64,000 nucleotides of DNA from Felis catus (Eukaryota), in NCBI RefSeq assembly GCF_018350175.1, contig NC_058369.1, positions 13,084,001-13,148,000 of the forward strand. Reading direction: 5' to 3'. Every line of letters begins with the position of its first letter. Position 1 is the stretch's first letter. The position numbers and the translations under genes were made by a program. Shown one piece after another: positions 27,001 through 38,310 of this stretch. The notes beneath the pieces were generated by a model, which searched no databases, was not told where the DNA came from, and saw only the letters and a list, made by a program, of their open reading frames with translations.

Positions 27001-29198
27001 TTTTTTTTCTAATTTTTTAATCTTTATTTTTGAGAGGGAGAGTGCTAGCAGGGGAGGGGCAGAGAGAGAGGAAAACAGAATCCAGCGCAGGCTCTGTGCT
27101 GTCCGTGCAAAGCCCCACGTGGGGTTCGAACTCACGAACCGTGAGATCATGACCTGAGCCGAAGTCAAGAGTCCAGGTTGGACGCCCAAGCGACTGAGCC
27201 CCCCAATGGCTCCCTCCTGATCTGAAGTGTGGAGCTAGGTCTGCGGGTGGACAACCGCTTCCCTTCCCTTATCTGCCACCCCCCCCCCGGGTGGCCGAGG
27301 TTCTGGTGGGGGGGTGGGGTGCAGATGAGGCCTGACCGCACCCAGAGCTTTGCACTCAGCAAATACCCACTGCGGCCAGAGGCTGGCATCTGGGTCTCGC
27401 TCTCCGAGTTGTTCCATGCCTCCCGTTGTCCCAGGCCCCCCCGCCTCACCTTTAGGGACCCCCGCACTCTGCCCCTCTCCCTGCAGGGCTACTACAAACG
27501 CACACCTGCCTACATCCCCATCCGCAAGCGGGACCGTCAGGGCTGCTTTGCGGTTCCCATGGTGCACTCGACCTTCCTGATCGACCTGCGGAAGGCGGCC
27601 TCCAGGAACTTGGCATTCTACCCTCCTCACCCCGACTACACCTGGTCCTTTGACGACATCATCGTCTTTGCCTTCTCCTGCAAGCAAGCAGGTGAGCCCG
27701 CAGGGAGTTGGCCATCACTGGGGCGTCCGGTTCATTGGGACAGTGCCGAGCCCACCGAAGGTTCACAGAATCAGAGCTGCAGAATGCAGGGATGGCTTCA
27801 GGTGTGGCTGTAGCCAGGTGTTAGGCGATATCCTCAGGACCTACTTGTTTTCCAGCCCCAGCTTTGCTGGGGCGCTTTACTCCCCAGATGTTTAAGACCT
27901 ATTTATTGAGGGTTATTCCCATCTTGATATTCTCCTGTGTTCTCCCAGTTTTCTGTAGCTGAGCATAATTGTTCCCTAACTGTACAATTAGGGGGAAAAA
28001 ATTAAAAAAAAATTTTTTTAACATTTATTTTTTGAGGGACAGAGAGGAAGTGGGAAAGGGGCAGAGAGAGGGAGACGCAGAATCCAAAGCAGGCTCCGGG
28101 CTCCGAGCTGTCAGCACAGAGCCCGACGTGGGGCTTGAACCCACAAACGGGGAGATCATGACCTGAACGGAAGTCGGACACATAACTGACTGAGCCACCA
28201 GGTGTCCCCCCCCCCCAAAAAAAAACATTTTAAAGAGAGAGAGAACACAGCCAACCATAGCTGACTTGTCGTATTTTTTATTTATTTATTTTTATTTATT
28301 TTTTTTTAATTTTTTTTTTCAACGTTTTTATTTATTTTGGGGACAGAGAGAGACAGAGCATGAATGGGGGAGGGGCAGAGAGAGAGGGAGACACAGAATC
28401 AGAAACAGGCTCCAGGCTCCGAGCCATCAGCCCAGAGCCCGACGTGGGGCTCGAACTCACGGACCGCGAGATCATGACCTGGCTGAAGTCGGCCGCTTAA
28501 CCGACTGCGCCACCCAGGCGCCCCTGACTTGTCGTATTTTTAAAACCACCGTGCGGCCAGCTATGACCCATGGCCAAAGCCGGCCCACGATCTGTTTTTC
28601 TGTAGCCACGAGCTAAGAATGCCTTTGGTTCCTGGACCCAACTGCATCATGTATGTGTGCGGGGGCGCGTGTTGTCCAACAAGCAATTCTCGGACTCCAG
28701 CATTGTGTCCTATCATTCAACTCCGTTCTGACGCTGTCTACCCAGAGATAGCGTCAGATTCCACAGGTTGAGGGCTCGGTCCTACAAGACTGCCCCCCCC
28801 GCCCCGGCCCCCGACTTCACATGCCAGCCACCAACCCATGGTCTCACCACTAATTTGCCAGAGCGGCTCACAGAATTCAGGAAACCCCTCGACTCACTAG
28901 ATTACTGGTTTATTATAAAAGGATAGAACTTGGGAGCGGCCATGTAGAGGAGACGCCCAGGGCCAGGTACGTGGGAAGGGGCGCCGAGCTTCCTCGTCCT
29001 CTCCACGTGCACTGCTCTCCCCACATCTCCACGTGTTTACCACCCCGGAAGCTCTCTGAACCCCATCCTGTCGGGTTTCTATGGAGGCTTCCGTGACATA
29101 GACGCAGTTGATTGAATCGTTGGCTCTTGGTGATTCAGCCTCTACCTCTCTCCTCTGAAGAATCCAACCTTCTATTCATGGTTGATTCCCCTGGCAAT

Positions 29199-29249
<51 letters not shown>

Positions 29250-32200
29250 GGGGGGGGTCGGGTCCTCTTTAAATGCTTCTCAAAAGGCACTTCTTAACAT
29301 AAGAGACACTTTTAAGCTCTCAACATTTAGGAAATTCCACGGGTTTGGGGAACCGTGAGCCAGAAACTGTGAACAAAGACCAAATATATATAAGAAGTAT
29401 ATAGTTGGTCATCTGAATGGAAAAAAATGAAAAGAACAAGAATATTCTGTGACATCTGAAAATCATATAAAATTCCTATTTCAGGGCCTATAAATAAAGT
29501 TTCAGCGGCACGCAGCCACGCCCATCCATTTAAGCATCATTTATGGCCGCTTTCGCGTTCCGACGGCAACTGAGTCATTCAGACAGAGCTGTCTGGCCCA
29601 GAAGCGTAAATATTGACCGTCTGCCCCTTCACAGAAAAAGTTTAACCAGTTAAAACGAAAAATCATTTTCAGCGGGTTTTTTCTTTTGTTTTGTTTTGTT
29701 TTGTTTTTTACTTAAGGGGAAAAAAAAAAAAAGATTACACAAGATACAAAGATGTAAACCACTCAGAAAAGGGCGAATGCAGAAGGCTCTGGTGTAACTA
29801 ATGTTTTGTTCAGCTGCAGCCCCTTTCTGGGCATAAGGGTGCATCTGGTGGGGTCCACCCGCTGTTTGGTGGTTTGGTTTGTCATGGAATCCTGCGGGGA
29901 CTGAGTCCGTGGCCGCGCAAGGCGCCTGTTGACAGCTCTGGAGTTTGTCATGGGCTTGCCCGGCAGCGTGAGCCCCTCCTCTGGCTCCTGGCCCCAGATG
30001 GGGAGCTGAGGAGCCTCTGCTGGTTGCCAGGAGCAGCGGGACGTGTCTCGGATCCAGCCCCGCCCGGGCCGTGCGGCTTCACACCGTTTGCACGTTTTTG
30101 TTTTTTTTTTTTAATAATTCGTTTTAACATTTATTTATTTTTGAGAGAGAGGGAGACAGAGCGCGAGCAGGGGAGGGGCAGAGAAAGACGGAGGGAGACA
30201 CAGCATCCGAAGCAGGCTTCAAGCTCTGAGCTCTCAGCACAGAGCCTGACGCGGGACTCGAACCCACGGACCGCGAGATCACGACCTGAGCCGAAGTCGG
30301 ACGCTCAACCGGCTGAGCCACCCCGGAGCCCCGCCGTTTGCACTTCTGATTGTTGTTTTCTCGGCCCCAGAGGTCCAGATGTACGTCTGCAACAAGGAGG
30401 TATATGGCTTCCTGCCAGTGCCGCTGCGGGCGCACAGCAGCCTCCAGGATGAGGCCGAGAGCTTCATGCACGTGCAGCTGGAGGTCATGGGTGAGTCCAC
30501 CCGCGCCCAAGTCACCTCCCTTTCTCTGCCACCTCGCACCCATCCCCCGACGCGAGCGTCTGCCGCGCGCCAGTCCCTTGGCTGGGGGCAGGGGGTACCC
30601 GGCACGAACAGCTTGCAGGTAGCTGTGCGCAGCCTCCCGAGAGCGGTCGGGGTGGGCTTCCCGGAAGAGGTGGCATTGAGATGCAGGGTGGACGGGAGTT
30701 AGCCAGGAAGAAGATTGCAGCCGGAGGATCAGCCCTCGCAAAGGCCAGGAGGCTGGAGGGGACGTGAGCCCAACGAACAGCCAAGGTTGACGGGGCAGAA
30801 ATCGAGGTGGTGAGCTGGGCAGAGCTGGCAGGCGGGGCTGGGGCAGTGGCCTCAGACACCAAGCTGAGGAACAGGCCTTTTTCCCCGGTGGCAGGCGGGA
30901 GCCATGGAGGGTGTGGGAGCCCAGGGGCAGCAGCTTTTCACTGATAGACCTTCATGTGCATGGTAGCATCTGGGACACTGTCATCTTGAGCCGTTTCCTC
31001 ATCTGTACCCCTGCCAACCCCCAGACCCACCATTCTTTGTCTCCTTTTTTCTTACATGAATGCTTTTATTTCCCCCACTTGAATAGATTTATTTTAAAAA
31101 GGTATTTGTATCATAGTTGCAAGCTCACGTCTTTCTAATATATATGTACATATACACATCAGTCCATAAACTGTTAAGCCAGCCGTCCCTCTAGTGGGCC
31201 CCTGAGGTGGGACAGGCACGCAGGGCTGAGCTGCCCTCGTGGTGGTTTGAGCAGTTGGGGGATCTCCGGAGCAGCCAGCAGTGAGACACTGTCCACCTCC
31301 ACGGGGGCCTCGCCCTGTGCTGGCCACACACTCCCCCAAGACGGCCTCTGAGGCGGCATGGCCACTCCTCCCACCGCACAGACAGGGAGGAGCCCAGCTC
31401 TGGGGCTCCTTTCCCACTCTGCCCACGCTCTAGAAAGTTCTGTCTGTGGCACCCCCTGGTGGCTGAAGGTGGAATGGCACCCTGCCTTCTGGGGCAACTT
31501 CTGGGTATTTGGAGGTGACATCTGGAGGCTGCAAGGTGACCAGGCTGAAGACCACCCCCCCCCCAGCATAACATCTGAGCGTCTGGGACGGATGCCCACA
31601 CCCGGCCCAGCAAACCCCACCAGACTGCAGTCACAGGAGGTAGATCTCTGCTTGTCACCAACTCCCACTGGCGACTAGACCCTGAGAAATCTCTCCGAGG
31701 CTTCCGTAGTTTTCCTAGTTTAAAGTTTCACAAATATTTCCAGTGTTACCTCCGGTCAGGAAACCATTCGCGCTGCTGTTAGAAACCGAAAATGACAGAG
31801 GGGCGAATATTTCCCCGTTTCTGAGGGGCCAGAGCAAAGCATATGGAACGACAGGAAGGAGGGGCTGGAGGTTTCAGGTGTTGGTGCAAATCCTTCCTTC
31901 TGGTCTGAGTGAAAACCACGTGTCCACGCGTGGGCGCTTGGACCCAGGCTGTGCGTGTGATTTTTTTTCCACGCATTCAAGTCTGTCTTACGGCGAAGCT
32001 TCAGACTCACAGAAAAGCTCCGCGAGGTCCCTGAGTATGGGGAACCCGGAGACTTGCTTCCTTTCCCCACCGCCCCGCCCCCGCCCCCGGACTATGTGGA
32101 ATCTCTCCCTGTCGGCCCCATAAACCTTGCTCGATATAAGTCCTGTCCATTGAGCTTTAGCCACACGGCGGCGATGGGCGTTGTGTGTGTGCGGGTGATG

Positions 32201-35200
32201 ATCGCTTTTGTATCCTGTCACCAGCCACAGCCCGGGCCCTGGCCTTCCCCTGGCCCTCCCACCGCCTCTGTTTCCTCAGCGGATGGGTTTGGGCTGCCTG
32301 GTGCTTCTGGAAGTGGAATCGCCCCGCGTGCCTCTCTCAAGTACCAGGTCGTCGGCCCAGCGTCCCGCCGGTGCTGCCATGGCTGCTGGATGCAGCTGAG
32401 GCTCGTCCCCTGCCTTGCTGCCCGGTGTTACTAGTTCTCTTACTTCTTAGACCAGTTGCAGAGTCCGTGGGTCCCTGAGACCACACTCGGGTCTGATAAT
32501 TCGCTAGAAGGACTCAGGACTCACCGGAAGCTGTTACACTCACAGTTACAGTTTATTACGAGTGAAAGGACAGATTACAGTCAGCAGAGGGAAGGGGTGT
32601 CTGGGGTGGTATCCAGGAGCGTTCCATGCATGGAACTTCCAGTCGTCCCCTCTCTGTGGGGTCGTGTGGACAGCTTGTACTTTTCCCAGCACCAAAGTGT
32701 GAACAACACGCATGGTGTACTGCCAGCCGCGGGTGCTCCCCTGAGCCTCTGTGTCCAGGGTTTTTATTGGACTCACAGGGACCTGGCTGACTGCCACATG
32801 GGTGACCTCCACGTCTAGTCCTCGCAGAGGGCGAGCTGATTCCACCTGGCACAAGATCCTACATCACACTGTTGGCATAGACCACCCGGTGTGGCCCAAG
32901 ACCTCAGGCAAACAAAGATAGTCCTGCCAGGCAGGATGTTCAGAGGGCTTCCACCTTCCAGGAGCTGGGGACAAAGGTCAGACCTCTCTTTGGGCAAGTT
33001 CGATTATTCACCCCATGATGGGTCTGAAGGTGTTAGGTTTTTCTAACGACTGTGATGTGACTTTCTGGAAAGGCTGCATGGCTTTGCTCCTTCTGGATGC
33101 CCGATGTGCTCCATTTTCCCAGAACAGGCAACAAAGAGGAGATCCTCACTCCCCACAGGCAGGCCAGGGGACCCTGGGCCCCGGGGGAGGGGCAGAGGCT
33201 CAGAAAGAGAAGGGAAAGGCACCTAGAGTTTGCACCCGGGCGCTCAGACCCCAACATCTTGCCCTTGGTCTCCGGCTCCCCCAAAGAGGGCAGGGGGTGG
33301 TCAGAGCTGTGTAGGGCCCCCAGCAGGCAAAAAAAAAAAAAAAAAAAAAAAACCCAGGATGGGGGCCCAGGTTGGCTTTGGGCCTCGCCAAGGTCTGTCC
33401 CAGACAGAGGGGCCTGTGTCTGTCCCTCAGGCTCACATAGGGCCTGTATTCTTGACGGCTGCAGATGCCGCACTGCCCGTGAGGCTGGGCTCCTCTGGGC
33501 CAGCCCAGTGGGCGTGCAGGAGCCTCCCCAACCCCCCGTCCACCCGCGGATCTGATCCTTCTGAGGGAAACCACCAGGGGTGTGCCAAGACAGGGCCCCA
33601 GGGACGTGGTCTGAGCGTCGTTCACTGCAGCTGACAGGGGAGTGGTCATGGCCACTCTGAAGTCCTTGGCATAGCTTGGCTTGTAGGCGCTCCAGTCACA
33701 CGGTCACCGTCCCCCTGCACGTTTCCTGTGGTCCTCTGCGCGTGCGTCTGTAACCAAAGTTTCCATGTTTCTAAGGAGCCCAGTCACCATTTTAACTTGA
33801 CTATGTCTTTAAAACCTTACCTCCAAATAAGGTCACATTCCGAGGTACGGGGGGTAAAGATGCCAACATACTGGGGAGGACACAGTTCAACCCATAATAT
33901 GTGTCGTTTCGTGGCGTCTTTTCCTGAAACCTCTGGGAGGAGGAGGTTTTTAAAATCGGATCCCATTTTAAAGAATTTTTTGTTAGTGGTTTTTATTTAT
34001 TAGAGTCCCATTTTATAGATGAGGAAAGCCAAGGCCCAGGCAGGTCAACGTCACACGGCTTGCCATCATTCCTGTGCTCGTTCTACGAGTAAATGATTGA
34101 GTGCCTGCTGCGTACCAAGCGTTGGGCACTGGGGACTCAGCGTGAGTGGACAGACCTGGTGTCTGTTCTGTGGGGCACACGGGAGACAGGAAACCAGAGA
34201 GGTAGGACTGCAGGATTGGGGTTCGATGGCAGAGGCCCAGGTGTTGTGGGAGCCAGGAGGAGGTGCCCCACTCCAACTCAAGAGGCCGTCTTAGAACTCA
34301 GGGATGGAGCGGGGGAAAGAAAGGGGTTTCAGGCAGAAGCCCGGCGTGTGCAAAGGTCCTGAGGTAGGAAGGGGGTGCATTTGGGGCAGTGCCGACAGCC
34401 CGAGTGAGTAGGGGTGGGGAAAGAGACTAGCACCAGAGTTGTGAGTGGAGCCGGCTCAGGCACAGCCTCCAGTGCCAGGCTAAGGAGTTTGGGGTGACGG
34501 GGGGTCACGCAGGGGCTGGGATAGGGAGGTTGTTAGGAGGCCAGGCCCCTCCCTGAGGGACCCCACCGGCCCCGTGGCCTCGCTCCGCCCCACAGTGAAG
34601 CACCCACCGGCGGAGCCCTCCAGGTTCATCTCCGTGCCCACCAGGACGCCTGACAAGATGGGCTTTGACGAGGTGAGCCAGGCCTTCCTTCCCCGGGGGT
34701 GGGGGTGGGGGCAGGGGCCCGGCCTGGAGTCTCCCACTGAAGCTCCGGGCCCACAGGTCTTCATGATCAACCTGAAGCGACGGCAGGACCGGCGGGACCG
34801 CATGCTGCGGGCGCTGCGGGAGCAGGAGATCGAGTGCCGGCTCGTGGAGGCCGTGGATGGCAAGTGAGTCCCACCCCGGGGGGTCCACACGCACGGGTGT
34901 AGACCGCTCCCTGGCGGGTGCGGACGGTGGGAGGAGGCGGGCTGACGGCGGGATGGCAGGCCGAGCGGGGCTTCCTCTGACCCCTGCTCCCTGCCTCCAG
35001 AGCCATGAACACCAGCCAGGTGGAGGCGCTGGGCATCCAGATGCTGCCCGGCTACCGGGACCCCTACCACGGGCGGCCCCTCACCAAGGGCGAGCTGGGC
35101 TGCTTCCTCAGCCACTATAACATCTGGAAGGAGGTAGGCCTCGCAGGGGAGGGCGGGCTGTCCTCAGGTCCTCAGGCTTCTGGCCCCTCCTGGAGGGGAT

Positions 35201-37409
35201 CACTGGCGCCCCCTGCAGGCTTCCGGAACTTCAGCGGGACACAGGGCCTCTCTCCAGTGACTGCCTCACCGGAAGTCCCCTGAACCCCGGGTGGGGCAGC
35301 TGTTGTCCCTCCTTTGTGCAGAGGGGAAAACAGACTAGGGAGGGAGGGGGAGCCCGGCTCCCACAGAAGGTGGGGTCTGAGACCCAGGGCCCCCAGTTGA
35401 GGCCTCTTCCCACCCAGCTGCTGTCAAATGTCTCCGGAGCCTGGTCTCTGTGCTCAACATTTACAATTAGAAACGACGGCCACAGGGACATTAACCAACG
35501 CCAGCCCCGTGCCTGGGGCTCGGCAGCCACCCTCAAAGGGAGGGAGGTCGATCCAAAAGACGGTGGGGAAGGTGCCTGTTTGCTTCCCTCCGGCTGCCCC
35601 AGGGCCTTTAAGCAGAGCTGACTTCAGGGTCGGGTCTGGCCTTGGTCTTTGTGTGACGTCCTCCCTCAGGTGGTGGACCGCGGGCTGCAGAAGTCACTTG
35701 TGTTCGAGGACGACCTGCGCTTTGAGATCTTCTTCAAGAGACGCCTGCTGAACCTCATGCGGGACGTGGAACGGGAGGGTCTGGACTGGGACCTCATGTG
35801 AGTGGGGGGGGTGGGGGCAGGGCTGGTGGCGTGGTCCGGGGCCCAGTTTAGAGTGGGGTGGAGCTGGAGCCTGGAGCTCAGAAGGGTGGCCTGGAGCCTG
35901 TAGGTCTGATGGCCTTTGCAAGTTAACAGGCTGAGCCCACTCTTGGGGGTATAGCAGAAGGGGCCCCGCGCTCCCTGGATCTGAGAGCGGCCGGGGCTTG
36001 GGGCGTGGCCTGGGGTGGGTGTGGTCAGGGCTTGGGAGTGTTCCCAGAAGCTGGGGGCCTGGCGGGCTGTGGGGGCATAGCCGGGGAGCCTGGGTCTTGG
36101 ACCAGCTCGAGGTGGGGTGTGGCCAGCGTATTTCTGGAACAGTCCTTTGGAATCTCCTCGAGGTCAGTTGGATCCTCCTCCCTGCCTCTGTCCTTTCTTC
36201 CCTCCCTCTCTTGCTGTCCTGCTGGATGCAGGGCCCTGATGCAGGCTCGAGGCCCCAGACTGTGGACCATGTTTGTAACAGGAGCAGCAGCCGTACCCCT
36301 TCGTCCCTGACCCCCCACCACATTCCCGCGCCTTGCCCAGCTGCCCCACAGCCTTGTGAAGTCAGAGCAGCTTCCCTCCCGGCCCCCTCCTTCCCGCGGT
36401 TCAGCCTCAGCGAGGGTCCAGGACATCCTTCCCTTCCCAGCTCCAGATCCTCCCGTGGCTCCCCAGTGCCCTTGGAAAAACCCAGTCTCCTCCCTGCATA
36501 CCTCAGCCCCTGGGGTCCTCCCTGGCCCAGCCACTCCGGCCTCCCCATCGCTCCCCAAACACACCACGCCTGCCGCCACCCCGGGGCCCGACGGAGGCTC
36601 GCTAGGTCTCTGATTTGCTCGCTGGGCGTCCTCCGGCGGGCGGGAAGGAGGGGGGGGGTGACAGGGCCCTAACTCTGCACCCCAGCTACGTGGGCCGGAA
36701 GAGGATGCAGGTGGAGCGGCCGGAGAAGGCTGTGCCCCGTGTGAGGAACCTGGTGGAGGCCGATTACTCCTACTGGACGCTGGCCTACGTGATCTCCCTG
36801 CAAGGCGCCCGCAAGCTGCTGGCGGCCCAGCCCCTCTCCAAGATGCTGCCTGTCGACGAGTTCCTGCCCGTCATGTTTGACAAGCACCCAGTGTGAGAGG
36901 GGGTTGCGGCGGGCACGCGGGCCGGGCTCTTGCCGTGGGTCTGCCCTGGGTGGGCTCTTGCCGTGGGTCTGTCCCAAGGGTGTGTCTTTTCCTCTGCCTG
37001 CTTCTTCCCCCGTGCTACCCCCACCCTCCGGCTCCACGTGATCCCCCCCCCCCCCCCCGCCACTGCCCTGCCCACTTCCATCTCAGTCTGTCCCTTACTC
37101 CCAACCCACTGCTGCCTCTCCTCTCGCCGCCCGCCCCCCAGGTCTGAGTACAAGGCCCACTTCTCGCCCCGCAACCTTCGCGCCTTCTCGGTGGAGCCCC
37201 TGCTCATCTACCCCACGCACTACACAGGGGACGATGGCTACGTGAGTGACACGGAGACCTCGGTCGTGTGGAACAACGAACACGTCAAGACCGACTGGGA
37301 CCGTGCCAAATCCCAGAAGATGCGCGAGCAGCAGGCACTGAGTCGCGAGGCCAAGAACTCAGACGTGCTGCAGTCCCCGCTGGACAGCGCCGCCCGAGAC
37401 GAGCTCTGA
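18747..37409 (+). CDS. COLGALT1: Procollagen galactosyltransferase 1 (GLT25D1), 12 exons, 1872 nt, 623 aa
   Basis: Exons 18747-19009, 20756-20866, 21541-21658, 25518-25652, 27487-27691, 30371-30490, 34596-34672, 34757-34863, 35001-35133, 35670-35797, 36686-36892, 37142-37409. All are GT-AG with consistent phases. Features: poly-Leu signal peptide, [18 protein letters not shown] DxD motif, GT25 motifs ([19 protein letters not shown]), C-terminal RDEL. Confidence 0.97.
19823..20035 (-). mobile_element. CAN-SINE
   Basis: TSD aacctgaactcttaaa. Confidence 0.95.
20226..20422 (+). mobile_element. CAN-SINE (older)
   Basis: Head, (CT)n(CA)n body, A-rich tail. Confidence 0.9.
20756..20866 (+). CDS. 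COLGALT1: COLGALT1 exon 2 ([17 protein letters not shown]...EEPR)
   Basis: cccgcag| ... |gtgagc, 111 nt. Confidence 0.95.
21541..21658 (+). CDS. COLGALT1: COLGALT1 exon 3 ([20 protein letters not shown]...DYIL)
   Basis: ctctgcag| ... |gtgagt, 118 nt. Confidence 0.95.
22510..22943. mobile_element. MLT1-family MaLR LTR
   Basis: gttctggagaccagaagtctgaagtcaaggtg...ctctgaaggctctaggggagg...catcttagttacatgtgcaaagacccta. Confidence 0.8.
23952..24068. repeat. Compound polypurine microsatellite (GAAA)n(GA)n(GGGA)n(GGAA)n
   Basis: Directly visible. Confidence 0.95.
24225..24700 (-). mobile_element. Old L1M 3'-end fragment
   Basis: aattgaggtgcaatttacataacataaaatt...gtggccttttgtgtctggc...catccatgtggtagcgtgt. 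Confidence 0.75.
25518..25652 (+). CDS. COLGALT1: COLGALT1 exon 4 ([12 protein letters not shown]...GMTSQ)
   Basis: ttttgcag| ... |gtcagg, 135 nt, contains DxD motif. Confidence 0.95.
25964..26186 (+). mobile_element. CAN-SINE inserted in a MIR
   Basis: TSD caaacagcattcct. Confidence 0.95.
26541..26726 (-). mobile_element. CAN-SINE
   Basis: Antisense, diverged. Confidence 0.9.
26983..27211 (-). mobile_element. CAN-SINE
   Basis: Antisense, diverged. Confidence 0.9.
27487..27691 (+). CDS. COLGALT1: COLGALT1 exon 5 ([15 protein letters not shown]...CKQA)
   Basis: ccctgcag| ... |gtgagc, 205 nt. Confidence 0.95.
28012..28210 (-). mobile_element. CAN-SINE
   Basis: Antisense. Confidence 0.92.
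28274..28524 (-). mobile_element. CAN-SINE (young)
   Basis: TSD tgacttgtcgtatttt. Confidence 0.95.
28555..29650. mobile_element. MER58B-like DNA element split by a MER21-like ERVL LTR (about 28640-29420) that contains (GT)n at 29201-29247
   Basis: MER58-like halves (ggccaaagccggcccac...gagctaagaatg and aaataaagttt...cagccacgcccat...cccttcacagaaaaagttt) flank aagcaattctc...gagatagcgtcagattccacaggttgagggctc. Confidence 0.6.
30095..30332 (-). mobile_element. CAN-SINE immediately upstream of COLGALT1 exon 6
   Basis: TSD ccgtttgcac at 30084 and 30334. Confidence 0.95.
30371..30490 (+). CDS. COLGALT1: COLGALT1 exon 6 ([18 protein letters not shown]...EVM)
   Basis: gccccag| ... |gtgagt, 120 nt. 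Confidence 0.95.
32455..33000. mobile_element. MER21/MER77-like ERVL LTR
   Basis: gggtccctgagaccacac...gataattcgctagaaggactca...gtttattac. Confidence 0.6.
33660..33898. mobile_element. MLT1-family LTR fragment
   Basis: ctccaaataaggtcacattccgaggtac...ggaggacacagttcaacccataa. Confidence 0.75.
34596..34672 (+). CDS. COLGALT1: COLGALT1 exon 7 ([15 protein letters not shown]...GFDE)
   Basis: cccacag| ... |gtgagc, 77 nt. Confidence 0.94.
34757..34863 (+). CDS. COLGALT1: COLGALT1 exon 8 ([16 protein letters not shown]...VDGK)
   Basis: cccacag| ... |gtgagt, 107 nt. Confidence 0.95.
35001..35133 (+). CDS. COLGALT1: COLGALT1 exon 9 ([18 protein letters not shown]...IWKE)
   Basis: cctccag| ... |gtaggc, 133 nt. 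Confidence 0.95.
35670..35797 (+). CDS. COLGALT1: COLGALT1 exon 10 ([19 protein letters not shown]...DWDLI)
   Basis: ccctcag| ... |gtgagt, 128 nt. Confidence 0.95.
36686..36892 (+). CDS. COLGALT1: COLGALT1 exon 11 ([14 protein letters not shown]...DKHPV)
   Basis: accccag| ... |gtgaga, 207 nt. Confidence 0.95.
37142..37409 (+). CDS. COLGALT1: COLGALT1 exon 12 coding part ([10 protein letters not shown]...AARDEL*)
   Basis: ccccag| acceptor; TGA at 37407-37409 after the ER-retention motif RDEL. Confidence 0.96.
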
Positions 37410-37554
37410 GGGGCTGCGGCCGAAACACCAAAGCAGGCGTCGCTGGCCCAGCCTCCTTGTGCTCGCCGGGGACAGAAGGGCCACCCCCCCCAGCCCCCTG
37501 CGGACCCCCGGCCGGCCGCAGAGGGCCCTCCACGCAAGGCGGTATCCAGCCAGC

Positions 37555-38310
37555 TCTTGTTCAGCAACCACGTGCACGCAGGCAGCTTTAATGGAGTGCC
37601 TACTGTATGCCGGGAACGGGGCCCGGAACCGGGGGGATCAGATGGGAACGAGACACGTTCCTGTCTTCAGGGGCCGAACACCTGAAGTCCCCGCTGTGTC
37701 CCAGGCTTCTGTGTTAGCGGCAGTGAGCGAGGCGCAGTTATTCCGTAGGCCAGTGATCGATTCAGTCGTCAAGGTTCTACCGACCTCCCCTCCCCCCACC
37801 GCCCCAAGAATCAGCACTAGTGATACACAGTCATTGTTTTGATTCATTTAAGTATTTATTGAACGCCTACTGTAGGCTGGGCACCAACCATCCTAGGCTC
37901 TGGGAATATTGAGATTGACCAGCCCCTTTCGTTCATTTCTTCCAACAACACATCCGAGCACCCGCTCTGTGCCTGCCTGGTACTCGTGACACAAAGACAA
38001 GTTCTCACAGACTCAGAGCATTTATCGAGTGCCTGCTGTGCGCTGGGGATGAAGAGAAACAAGGTGCTTTTCATGCTTCGATGGGTTTCCTCCCCCCCCA
38101 CCCCCCACCCCATCTAAAGAGCACCTACAGGCATTAGCGATACAGTGTAACACTCGCCGGGGTCGGCACCGGGTCACCTACGTGTGTGCCGGGCCACGTG
38201 CTAAGTGCCGGGCCACCGAGATGCACAAGACGAGTCTTTTATCTCTTTGTGCAGCGGGCATTTATTGAACGCCTGCTGTGTACCAGACCTCATGGACTCC
38301 CAGTGGGACT
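37555..38310 (-). mobile_element. Cluster of antisense L2 3'-end fragments in the COLGALT1 3'UTR
   Basis: Repeated variants of tttattgagcgcctactgtgtgccaggc. Confidence 0.6.

Noticed and set aside
35694..36672. Long overlapping ORFs (284 aa on minus, 224 aa on plus) in COLGALT1 intron 10
   Set aside because: GC-rich intron with several open frames at once and no protein-like features.
36924..36971. 20-nt direct repeat gggctcttgccgtgggtctg (two copies, period 28)
   Set aside because: A simple local duplication in intron 11 with no sign of function. The same applies to gagagtggaataa x2 near 52826.
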